DNA from: an uncultured Candidatus Kuenenia sp.
Lineage (GTDB): Bacteria; Planctomycetota; Planctomycetia; Pirellulales; UBA1268
Reading direction: 5' to 3'
DNA: 64,000 nt
NCBI GenBank assembly: GCA_964581055.1
Contig: CAZOMJ010000137.1
Coordinates: forward strand, 16,291-80,290
Position 1 is the first letter of the stretch. The number at the start of each line of letters is the position of its first letter. The position numbers and the translations under genes are program-made. The notes below the pieces were generated by a model. That model did no database searches. It was not told the DNA's origin and saw only the letters and a program-made list of their open reading frames with translations. Positions 1-8,600 of the stretch are shown here, piece after piece.

Positions 1-1682
1 ACCTTCGCCTCGTAATATTCGGCCGTCGACTTCCTCCGCCACACGGGGTTCGTGAGGTAGTCGGCCTCCTGCGGACTGAAGGGCACTTTCGTGAGCATGT
101 CGGGCAGGCCGGGCCGAAAATCACGCAGCTTCCACGAGGCATCGATCGGCACCCAGGCCTGTCGGCCGGTCGCGGGCACCGTCACCAGCGCCTCGAGCCA
201 GGTGTGCTTGAAATGGTTCCAGTATTGGTCGTAGCCGAGGCCGGCCCTGGCAAGGATCGTCCCGGCGGCCGAGGCATCCCTGGTTCCCACGAAATCCTTG
301 AGCTGGCTTTCGGTCACCTCGACCGCACCGGCCACGTACCGCGTGGGGATGCCGGCAGCGGCGTAGAGTGACGCGAGCAGCGAGTTCGTATCCCAGGCGT
401 TGCCGGCCTTGGTCTGCAGCGTGGCCAGCGGCCCCTTCATCGCGCCAGAATACGGCTGGAACACGACCGTGTTCGTCACGTATTCGAGCATCTCGAGCGG
501 CAGGTAATAGAGCCGGGCAGCCAGGTCGGCGATGCTCGTGGCCGTCTCCGGACGGTCGGCCGCGACATCCACGTCGATCGCCCTGCCTCTGAGCGCCGCC
601 AGAGCCGCCCGCGGGCTGCTGGCGAGCAGCGGATTGCCGTGCACCAGAAGTGTCGCCAGCTTGGGCAACTGCGCGACGCCCGCCGGCACGGTCGAGATCG
701 AGTTGGCCCGCACGTCGAGCCGCGTCAGCCCGGGCAGCGCGGGGAGCGTGGCCAGACCGGCGTCGGTGAGGCCGACGTGCACCGCCGACAACGACGTGAG
801 GCTGCCGAGGCCGGCCAGCGGCTGAAGCGACGCGAGTCCCTGCGGCACAGCGGCATGGTCCCCCGGAACCAGTTCGAGCGACTGAAGTGCGGAAAGGTTC
901 GCGATGCCGGTGAGATCGCCCACTCCATTCCCATCGACGATGAGCGCCGTGAGCGGCGGTGCCTGGGCGAGCACCGCTGGCGTGAGCCATGCATCGCGGT
1001 CGAGTGCCAACGACTCGCGGACCGCGGCGGCCAGTTCGGGGTCGAAGAACATCACGCCCTGCACATCGCCGCTCCCGCGTCGCACGTGGCTGCGAATCGT
1101 TCCCCGGACGTCGAGCAAACCGGCCGACACGAGGGTGTCGCCCGTGTAGCCGTGAAGCGGAGCCCCCAGCGTCAGCGAAGCGGCCCCCGCCTTGACGACG
1201 CCTCCGCTGCCCGCGATCGGCGTGTCGAAGCGGGTGGCGACGACGGTGGTGAACGTCGTGCCCGCAGCCTGCGTCGAGAACGCGCCGCCGGTCACCGTGT
1301 AGGCCCCTCCGCGAAACTCGATCCCGCCGGCGCCGACGCCACCCGAGATGGCGACCGTGCCACCGGCAGGGCCGGCGAATACGGCGGTATCGCCCCGGCT
1401 GCTGTTCCAACTGACGTAGCCGCCTGCGCCGCCCCCCAGCGACGGGTCGAACCAGACCGCGGCTCCCCCTTCCGTCCAGGTGCCGGATCCCCCGAGCCCC
1501 GCGCCAGTCGCGACCACGTTGTTCTTCGCCACGAGGTCGGGATCCCAATAGAGGACAGCCAGCAACCGCCGCTCCTCAAGTCGCTCCATCCCGCCATGCG
1601 GCGATGATGCCCTCACAGGGGAACGCACCCCGCGTGGAGAAGTCTGCCGGGAACGCGAGCCACGGCGACGGGAAAAGGCCAT
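1..1682 (-). CDS. Secreted LRR + transglutaminase-like domain protein (3' end runs off the window start)
   Basis: Absent from the ORF track because there is no stop inside the window. Manual reverse-strand translation in the frame of ATG 1682 gives MAFSRRRGSRSRQ..MERLEERRLLAVLYWDP. This is followed by Gly-rich repeats and leucine-rich repeats (LTGIANLSALQSLEL, LPALPGLTRLDV, LPKLATLLVHGNPL). A transglutaminase-like core follows (GNAWDTNSLLASLYAAAGIPTRYVAG..HTWLEA..PIDASW). Frame was checked at three separate positions. Alternative start ATG at 1589. Confidence 0.7.
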   Translation of the reverse strand, partial: MAFSRRRGSRSRQTSPRGVRSPVRASSPHGGMERLEERRLLAVLYWDPDLVAKNNVVATGAGLGGSGTWTEGGAAVWFDPSLGGGAGGYVSWNSSRGDTAVFAGPAGGTVAISGGVGAGGIEFRGGAYTVTGGAFSTQAAGTTFTTVVATRFDTPIAGSGGVVKAGAASLTLGAPLHGYTGDTLVSAGLLDVRGTIRSHVRRGSGDVQGVMFFDPELAAAVRESLALDRDAWLTPAVLAQAPPLTALIVDGNGVGDLTGIANLSALQSLELVPGDHAAVPQGLASLQPLAGLGSLTSLSAVHVGLTDAGLATLPALPGLTRLDVRANSISTVPAGVAQLPKLATLLVHGNPLLASSPRAALAALRGRAIDVDVAADRPETATSIADLAARLYYLPLEMLEYVTNTVVFQPYSGAMKGPLATLQTKAGNAWDTNSLLASLYAAAGIPTRYVAGAVEVTESQLKDFVGTRDASAAGTILARAGLGYDQYWNHFKHTWLEALVTVPATGRQAWVPIDASWKLRDFRPGLPDMLTKVPFSPQEADYLTNPVWRRKSTAEYYEAK

Positions 1683-1927
1683 GGGAACCTCCTCGTCTCG
1701 TTCGGATGCCGATGGATGGATCGAGGGCCGTGCGTGGGGGGCTGCCCCCACGCACGGGCGATCATCTAGAAAACGGAAGCCGGTCGGGTCAATGCCGGTT
1801 CAATGCGGGAAGACGCCCCACCTGCACGTCGCGTGTCGGCCTCTGCTGCACCGGTGGCTTTTTCCGCCTCCAGCTAGAATGAATCGACCTCACGCGGCCT
1901 TGCCGCGTCACTCGCACACTCCCCCGC

Positions 1928-3580
1928 ATGCACGCCCCTCCCGCCACCACATATCCATCCGATCCGCGGCGTTGGATCGCCCGCAGCTGGTTCACGGCGT
2001 CTGGGGCGCTCGTGGCCGAACTCCGTGCGGACATCGAGCCGCTCGCCATCTTCGAGCGGCTGGCGCAGAGGCAACACTGCCTGTTCCTCGACAGCGCGGT
2101 CCTCGACGGCTCCGGCCACGTCGCTTCCACCCCGGACCCGATTGCCACGGGGGGCCTCGCGACGCCCCGCCTGGGGAGGCACTCCTACATCGCCGCCGAC
2201 CCGATCCATTCGCTCCATCTCGAGACCGCCGGCGACGCCCGAGACCCGGAGCGGGTGAACGAGGCTTTGTCCCTACTGCGTTCGCTGCTGGCCGACCTCA
2301 CCTGCGCGACGATTCCCGGCCTTCCACCATTCCAGGGCGGCGTGGCGGGGCTCGTGTCATACGACTGTGGGCTTGCCCGGCTTGGAATCGTCGCGGCCGG
2401 CAGCAGTGAGGTGCCGCTCCTGTCGCTGCACGTCTATGACGTCGTCTGCGGATTCGACCACGATACCGGCCGCGGCTGGATCATCTCGCAGGGCGTGCCC
2501 GCGAAGGGCCCGACGGCCCGGCGGGCCCGCGCGACGGAACGGCTGGAGTCACTGCTCGCGGCGTTGGCCGCGCCGATGCCAGCATCGCCTGCGGCGCACG
2601 CTTCAGACACGCCAGCCTCGACGGCCTCGGTAGCCGGCCATGTGCTGCCCGGTCGAGATATTCCCGGTCGAGATATTTCCGGTCACGACATTCCCGGTTG
2701 CGGGAAGATCGTGTCGACGCACTCGAGGGAAAGCTACCTCGATATGGTGCGGGCCGGCATCGAACTGGTCCGCGCCGGCGACATTTTCCAGGTGAACCTC
2801 GCGCAGCGGCTCCGCCTTGCCGCGACCATCGATCCGGTGGATCTCTACCGCCGCAGCCGCACGCTGAACCCTGCCCCGTTTGCCGGCTACTTTGCTGCCG
2901 GCAAGGCCACCATCGTGAGCATGTCGCCGGAACGGCTGCTTCAGGCCGAACGTGGCACCGTGCGGATGCACCCCATCAAGGGCACCCGCCGCGTGCTGTC
3001 GAGCCCCGAGGCCGATCTCTACGCCGGCGAAGATCTCGGACAGAGCGAGAAGGACCGGGCCGAGAACGTGATGATCGTCGACCTCGTGCGGAACGACCTC
3101 TCCCGGGTCTGCGTACCGGAGAGCGTGCGTGTGGAGGCACTCTGCCGGCTGGAGCGATATCGCTATGTCCAACACCTCGTGTCGATCGTGGCCGGAAGAC
3201 TGCGGCCCGGGCTCACCCCCCTCGACGCTCTCGACGCCGCCATTCCCGGCGGCAGCGTGACCGGCGCGCCCAAGCACCGGGCCTGCGAGATCATCAGCCA
3301 ACTGGAGGGCTTCACCCGCGGCGGCTACTGCGGCTCGCTGGGCTTCATCGGGTTTGACGGTGCGGCCGACTTCAACCTGCTCATCCGGACGTTCGTGGTC
3401 AGCCCCGACACGATCAGTTTCGCCGTGGGCGGCGGCATCACCGCGCGGAGCGACCCCGCCGCCGAATACGCGGAGACGCTCCACAAAGCGGAGGGCATGC
3501 TTCGCGTGCTCGCCTCCTTCGGCTCGGGAGACGCCGGTGGCATCGCGGCCGCCGGCATGCCCGCGGAGGCGGCCCGATGA
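1928..3580 (+). CDS. pabB: Aminodeoxychorismate synthase component I (chorismate-binding enzyme)
   Basis: 550-aa ORF with chorismate-binding domain motifs: HPIKGT (Lys as in PabB rather than the Ala of TrpE), GGSVTGAPK, GGYCGSLGF and LIRTF. Its stop overlaps the start of the downstream amidotransferase (ATGA at 3577-3580). Confidence 0.8.
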   Translation: MHAPPATTYPSDPRRWIARSWFTASGALVAELRADIEPLAIFERLAQRQHCLFLDSAVLDGSGHVASTPDPIATGGLATPRLGRHSYIAADPIHSLHLETAGDARDPERVNEALSLLRSLLADLTCATIPGLPPFQGGVAGLVSYDCGLARLGIVAAGSSEVPLLSLHVYDVVCGFDHDTGRGWIISQGVPAKGPTARRARATERLESLLAALAAPMPASPAAHASDTPASTASVAGHVLPGRDIPGRDISGHDIPGCGKIVSTHSRESYLDMVRAGIELVRAGDIFQVNLAQRLRLAATIDPVDLYRRSRTLNPAPFAGYFAAGKATIVSMSPERLLQAERGTVRMHPIKGTRRVLSSPEADLYAGEDLGQSEKDRAENVMIVDLVRNDLSRVCVPESVRVEALCRLERYRYVQHLVSIVAGRLRPGLTPLDALDAAIPGGSVTGAPKHRACEIISQLEGFTRGGYCGSLGFIGFDGAADFNLLIRTFVVSPDTISFAVGGGITARSDPAAEYAETLHKAEGMLRVLASFGSGDAGGIAAAGMPAEAAR

Positions 3581-4251
3581 TCGTCGTCCTCGACAACCGC
3601 GACAGTTTCGTCTTCAACCTCGCCCGCCACTTCCACCTGCTCGGCGCGACCGCGGCGGTGGTGCCAAGCCATGCGATCGACGTCGACGGGCTCTTGCAAC
3701 TCAAGCCGCATGCCGTCGTGATCTCGCCGGGCCCTTGCACGCCGGCCCAGGCGGGCTGTTCCGTAGACGCCATCCGCGCCTGCCGGGGCCGCGTGCCGGT
3801 GCTCGGCGTCTGCCTCGGCCATCAGGCGATCGCAGCGGCGCTTGGCGGTACGATCGTCCGCGCCCGCGAGCCCGTGCACGGCCGCACGAGCGGCATCCAC
3901 CATGACGGCATCAATCTCTTCGCGGGCATCCCCAGCCCGATGGCCGCCTGCCGCTATCACTCGCTGGTCGTCGCGGCCGACCGGCTGCCGGCGGGCCTCA
4001 CCGTGACCGCGCGGGACGACGAGGGCACGATCATGGCGATCGCCCACGAGGCCGACCGCCTCTACGGGGTGCAGTTCCATCCGGAATCGATTCTCACGCG
4101 GCACGGCTTCCGGTTGCTGGCGAATTTCCTCGCCGCGGCGAACATTCCCCACCACGCCGACCGCGTGGCCGACCTCGACGCGAGCGTGGCCGCCCAGTCG
4201 CTCGCCTCTCCCGAACCTGACGACGATGATCAGCGCGTCGTGACGTTTTGA
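3577..4251 (+). CDS. pabA: Aminodeoxychorismate/anthranilate synthase component II (class I glutamine amidotransferase)
   Basis: MIVVLDNRDSFVFNL N-terminus, nucleophile elbow GVCLGHQAI and YGVQFHPES. Translationally coupled to pabB. Confidence 0.85.
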   Translation: MIVVLDNRDSFVFNLARHFHLLGATAAVVPSHAIDVDGLLQLKPHAVVISPGPCTPAQAGCSVDAIRACRGRVPVLGVCLGHQAIAAALGGTIVRAREPVHGRTSGIHHDGINLFAGIPSPMAACRYHSLVVAADRLPAGLTVTARDDEGTIMAIAHEADRLYGVQFHPESILTRHGFRLLANFLAAANIPHHADRVADLDASVAAQSLASPEPDDDDQRVVTF

Positions 4252-4423
4252 CGTCGTTCTCGTTGCCTTGATGCATCCGTGAGGGGCTGCCCATGTTCCG
4301 AGAGCCGGCGTTGCTGACCAGCGCAGGCAGGATGCCGAACCGCAGTCAGCATCGAGTGAGAGCAGGCAGGATGCCGTAGCGAACGTCCGGCGACGGGGCA
4401 TGGGCAGCCCCGAACCGTCACCG

Positions 4424-5179
4424 TCACGCCTGCCGGAAGCCGCCGTTGACAGGGATCACCTGGCCCGTGACGAACGCCGCCTGCGGCGAGACGAGCCAGT
4501 GGATCGCATTGGCGATGTCGGTCGGCGTGCCCCAGCGGCCGAGCATGCTCTCGCGGACCGCCCGCTCCTGCCAGACATCGCTGGCCCCTTCGCCCCACGA
4601 CGTGCGGATCCAGCCAGGCGCCACGCAATTGACGCGGATCTTCGGCGCGAGCGACTTGGCGAGGCTCTTCGTGAACGCCATGACGGCCCCCTTCGTGGCG
4701 GCGAACAGTTCGCCGCTGTCCCCCTCCATGCCGGTGGCCGCCTGATCCCAGCCGATCGTGACGATCGAGCCGCCCTCGCGATCCCGCATCCAGCGTCCAA
4801 GGCCTCGCGCCAAGAGCATCGTGGAGACGACATCGACGCTCAGGAGTTGGTCGAGTTTCTGCTCGAACGGCCACTTCGCCGGCGGGCCGGTGAGCACGTC
4901 GGCCCCGGCCACGAGCACTAGAGTGTCGATCTGCGGCAGGCGGAGGCCGACATCGGCGATCAGCCGTTCGACGGCCTGCGTGTCGGAGAGGTCGGCGAGA
5001 AACGTGCCGGCATGGCAGTCACTCCCGGCAAGGGCCGCCGCCACCTCGTCGGCCGCCTCGGGGGAGCGACCATGCACGGCCACGCGGGCGCCGGCCGCCG
5101 CCAACGTCATCGCGACTTCGCGGCCGATGCCGTGCGTCGAGCCGGTGACGAGCGCCGTTCGTCCCGCGAGGTCGTTCAC
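4424..5179 (-). CDS. SDR family oxidoreductase (3-oxoacyl-ACP reductase-like)
   Basis: Rossmann motif TALVTGSTHGIG, with downstream VNCVAPGWI and VTGQVIPVNGG. The listed 347-aa ORF is trimmed to GTG 5179 (MNDLAGRTALVTG). This gives a typical 251-aa SDR and a GTGA start/stop overlap with the upstream gene. Confidence 0.8.
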   Translation of the reverse strand: MNDLAGRTALVTGSTHGIGREVAMTLAAAGARVAVHGRSPEAADEVAAALAGSDCHAGTFLADLSDTQAVERLIADVGLRLPQIDTLVLVAGADVLTGPPAKWPFEQKLDQLLSVDVVSTMLLARGLGRWMRDREGGSIVTIGWDQAATGMEGDSGELFAATKGAVMAFTKSLAKSLAPKIRVNCVAPGWIRTSWGEGASDVWQERAVRESMLGRWGTPTDIANAIHWLVSPQAAFVTGQVIPVNGGFRQA

Positions 5180-6915
5180 GGCGAGGTTCCCGTGGCGGTG
5201 TCCGGGCCCGCTGCGCCGGACTCGCCGTCGCCGCTGACGACGGGCAACTCGTAGCAGGCCGCCTCCTCGGCGTTCCTGACCAGCAGCCGGCTGCCTGACA
5301 GGCAGAGATTGTTCCATGTCTGGCCATCGATCGCGGCCAGCCGGCCCCGCACGACATGCTTCTCCGGCGACGCATCGACGAGCACCACCTCGCCCGACTC
5401 CGCCTGCACGAGCAGGAGTGGCCCCACGCGGAGCACTTGCCCTTGGCCGTAGCGGCCGGCTTTCCACCGCCGCGTGCCATCGTCAACCCTCACGCATTCG
5501 AGAATCCCGTCGGAGAGGCCATAGGCATGGCCCCCGTGAATCGCGACATTGGTGAATTTTGTCTTGAGCAGTCCGGCATTCCGCCAGACCTCGCGGAGCG
5601 TCCAGGGTTCGGCATCGCTCTTCTCGATTTCGAAGACCGCCGCGCCGATGCCGTAGCCCTTCGAGAGAAAGAGCCGGCGTTCTCCGATCGGCATCGCCTG
5701 AGAGCACGTGGCATCGGAATTGGAGTGGCCGGGCCACGGGTGCTCCCATATCTCGTGGCCGTCGGACGGATCGTAGCCGGCCACATGCGCCTCGTTGACG
5801 CTCACGATCATGTCGCGACCGCCGAACGTGACCAGTTCCGGCGATGCGTAGCTGATCTGTTCGTCACCGGCGATCCAGCGTCGCTCGCCCGTCGCCCGAT
5901 CGAAGGCCACGAGCGAGAGGAACTCGGGGTCTTGCGCCGATCGCCGTGTCCGTGGGCCACCGGCCGGCATGATCACAAGGTCGGCCGTAACCAGTGGCGA
6001 CCCGGCCCTGCCCCAGGCCACCATCAACGCATGGCTCGCGGGATCGATGCCGAGTTCGTCGAGGACATTCTTTTTCCAGAGCACGGCGCCGGTCGCACCG
6101 TCGATCGCGTGGAGCCAGCCGGTGGCCCCATGGGCGTAGACGACGCCGTCGTGAATCGTGGGCGTGGACCGCGGCCCGACACCGCCGAGCACTGTTTCGT
6201 GGCGTCCCTTCACCACCACCGTCCACTCTGGCGCGCCGGTAACCACCGAGCAACAGGAGACGATCTCTTCGTCGCCCCGCTGTTCGAGCGTCACCGCATG
6301 ATCGCCGCAGGTGGCAAAGCCGCTCCAGCCGGCGCCGATCGGCCTTCGCCACAGCAGCCGCGGTGGCCGCGTCTGCCAATTGGGATCGAGCACGGGAACG
6401 TCGACGCCACAGGTGCCTTCCGGCCCGAGGAACCTGGAAAAATCACCGGACTCGGCCCGCCACGGAGCAGTGGCAACGGCCTCGCCCTGCGGAGCGGTCG
6501 TCCCCGATCGATCGGGCGGCAGCATCCGGTCGCGGGAAGGATTCCAGCGGAAGGCGAACTCGGGCACGAGATCCCCCGACACCCGCTCGATCCGCAGCAC
6601 CGCAGCCCCCAGCGCGACCGCGCCGAGCAGTCCGCCGATCACGGCCCGCTTCAAGGCCGGTGCATGGCCGCTTTCACGCAGGAACCAGAGCAGGAGCGTC
6701 ATCAAGGCCGAGAAGCCGAGGATGAGCGTGATGATGTTCCGCACCGCCTGATCGACGATGCTGCCGACGATCGGCTCGAGCCATCCTGATCGCACCATCG
6801 CGACGGCGGCGGCCAGCGATGCCAGCGTAAGCCACACACGACGGGGCGGTGTGCGAGGCCGAAGATCCGCGCTGCCCGCTGCCGGAGCGGTTCCTACAAG
6901 TGAGGTTTTCTTCAT
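5176..6915 (-). CDS. PQQ-like beta-propeller repeat protein with N-terminal membrane anchor
   Basis: Repeated motifs of PQQ/BamB-like propellers (VVYAHGATGWLHAIDGATGAVLWKK, GILECVRVDDGTRRWK, LLVQAESGEVVLVD). Start moved to ATG 6915 (MKKTSLVG..), which precedes hydrophobic helices. The upstream ORF extension has non-protein-like composition. Confidence 0.7.
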   Translation of the reverse strand: MKKTSLVGTAPAAGSADLRPRTPPRRVWLTLASLAAAVAMVRSGWLEPIVGSIVDQAVRNIITLILGFSALMTLLLWFLRESGHAPALKRAVIGGLLGAVALGAAVLRIERVSGDLVPEFAFRWNPSRDRMLPPDRSGTTAPQGEAVATAPWRAESGDFSRFLGPEGTCGVDVPVLDPNWQTRPPRLLWRRPIGAGWSGFATCGDHAVTLEQRGDEEIVSCCSVVTGAPEWTVVVKGRHETVLGGVGPRSTPTIHDGVVYAHGATGWLHAIDGATGAVLWKKNVLDELGIDPASHALMVAWGRAGSPLVTADLVIMPAGGPRTRRSAQDPEFLSLVAFDRATGERRWIAGDEQISYASPELVTFGGRDMIVSVNEAHVAGYDPSDGHEIWEHPWPGHSNSDATCSQAMPIGERRLFLSKGYGIGAAVFEIEKSDAEPWTLREVWRNAGLLKTKFTNVAIHGGHAYGLSDGILECVRVDDGTRRWKAGRYGQGQVLRVGPLLLVQAESGEVVLVDASPEKHVVRGRLAAIDGQTWNNLCLSGSRLLVRNAEEAACYELPVVSGDGESGAAGPDTATGTSP

Positions 6916-7260
6916 GGGCAGGAGTGTAGCGATCAGGGCGGTTTCACGAAAAACATGGCATCGTGCCATTTTTCTTGGCGGGCCTCCGCCCGCGGCTGTG
7001 GGCCCGGCATCCTGCCCGGCAGCCTTCTCCACCACCATGCGGGGAGCCGGGGATCGGCGAAGGTGGAGGAGACGAGGAGGATGTCCGACTTTTTGTGCGC
7101 ACCATACCGACACGCGTGGCAAGTCGGAATCTCCGAGCGACGGAAGCTTTGCCGTCCCCGGCGGCGCGTCGCCATTTGACGCTGGCTGCGCGGCGTTCCT
7201 TGTCGGTGGTCGGAGGCTCAACTAGACTCAGCCTGACCCGTCTTTCCCGTAGGATTCGGC

Positions 7261-8475
7261 ATGCTCACCCCCGACGTCACCGGTTCGGCAGCCTCTCGCA
7301 CCCTCGGTCCTTCCACGACGGCAGTGCATGCCGGCGAGGCCCGACAGAAGCCCGGCTTCTCGATCACCGACCCGATCTTCGCGTCGAGCACCTACACGTT
7401 CCGCGACACGCAGTCGATCATCGATTTCATCGAGGAGAAGCAACCCCGCGAGGAATACGGCCGCTATGGCAACCCCGGCGAGCGGGTCGTGGAGGACAAA
7501 CTGGCCGCGATCGAGGGCGGAGAGGCTGCGGTGCTCTTCTCCAGCGGCATGGCGGCGTTGGTCGGCCTGCTGATGGCCCACTTGAACGCGGGCGAGGAGA
7601 TCGTCTTTTTCGACGAGTGCTACCACCGCAGCCGCGAATTCTGCCGCAAGCATCTCACCAGGTTCGGCGTCGTGTTCCGCGAGGTGCCCACCTGCGACTA
7701 TGCGGCGATGGAAGCGGCGATCACGCCGCGGACCAAGTTCATCGTCAGCGAGTCACCCACCAACCCGCACCTCAGCGTGGTCGACATCGAGCGGTTCGCC
7801 GACATCGGCCGCCGGCACGGCGTGCTCTCGCTCATCGACGCCACGCTCTGCACGCCCTACAACCTGCGGCCCCTGGAACTGGGCGTCGACTTCGTACTGC
7901 ACTCGGCGACGAAGTATCTGGGCGGCCACAACGACCTGCTGGCGGGTGTCGTCATCGGCGGGCAGGAGAAGCTGGAAGCCGTCCGCCACCTCCGCGGCAT
8001 CATGGGCGGGGTGAACTCACCCCACAATGCCTATCTTCTCGAGCGAGGCCTAAAGACGCTGGCGCTGCGGATGGAACGACACAATGCCAACGGCCTTGCC
8101 GTGGCCCGGTTCCTCGAAGGTCACCCGCGGGTGGAACGGGTGCTCTACCCAGGACTTGAGAGCCATCCGTATCACCCGCTGGCGGCACGGACCATGCGGG
8201 GCTTCGGCGGCCTCGTGACCTTCTTCGTGAAAAACGCCGATTGGCGGCAGACGGCACGGGTGATCGATGCCGTCACGATCCCGCGGATCGGCCCCAGCCT
8301 GGGCGGCGTGGAATCGCTCATCGAACAGCCGCTCGTCATGAGCTACTGGAACTATTCTCCCGCCGAACGGGCCACGTTCGGCATTGCGGACAACATGATC
8401 CGCCTCGCCTGCGGCATCGAAGACTCGGCCGACCTGATTGCCGACCTCTCCGCCGCACTCGACTGCGCAAGCTAG
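7261..8475 (+). CDS. PLP-dependent transsulfuration enzyme (cystathionine gamma-synthase / beta-lyase family)
   Basis: 404 aa. Cys/Met-metabolism PLP family motifs: SSGMAA, the PLP-lysine context HSATKYLGGHNDLLAGVV, and C-terminal SLGGVESLI and IRLACGIED. Confidence 0.8.
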   Translation: MLTPDVTGSAASRTLGPSTTAVHAGEARQKPGFSITDPIFASSTYTFRDTQSIIDFIEEKQPREEYGRYGNPGERVVEDKLAAIEGGEAAVLFSSGMAALVGLLMAHLNAGEEIVFFDECYHRSREFCRKHLTRFGVVFREVPTCDYAAMEAAITPRTKFIVSESPTNPHLSVVDIERFADIGRRHGVLSLIDATLCTPYNLRPLELGVDFVLHSATKYLGGHNDLLAGVVIGGQEKLEAVRHLRGIMGGVNSPHNAYLLERGLKTLALRMERHNANGLAVARFLEGHPRVERVLYPGLESHPYHPLAARTMRGFGGLVTFFVKNADWRQTARVIDAVTIPRIGPSLGGVESLIEQPLVMSYWNYSPAERATFGIADNMIRLACGIEDSADLIADLSAALDCAS

Positions 8476-8600
8476 GCAAGGGCTGCTGGTCGCGTCGATT
8501 TTGGCGGAAGTTTCGGTCGTAGGGATGACGATATCTATTCCGATTGACGAATAGCGGCTGGGCCATTCCCACCGTAATGCCGGATCGGAAGGAGCTTGTC

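Noticed and set aside
121-1607. Listed ORFs 121..1548 (-) 475 aa and 639..1607 (+) 322 aa
   Set aside because: Extreme Arg/Gly/Pro composition with no motifs. A different minus-strand frame, not listed because it has no stop in the window, encodes a coherent LRR/transglutaminase-like protein across the same bases.
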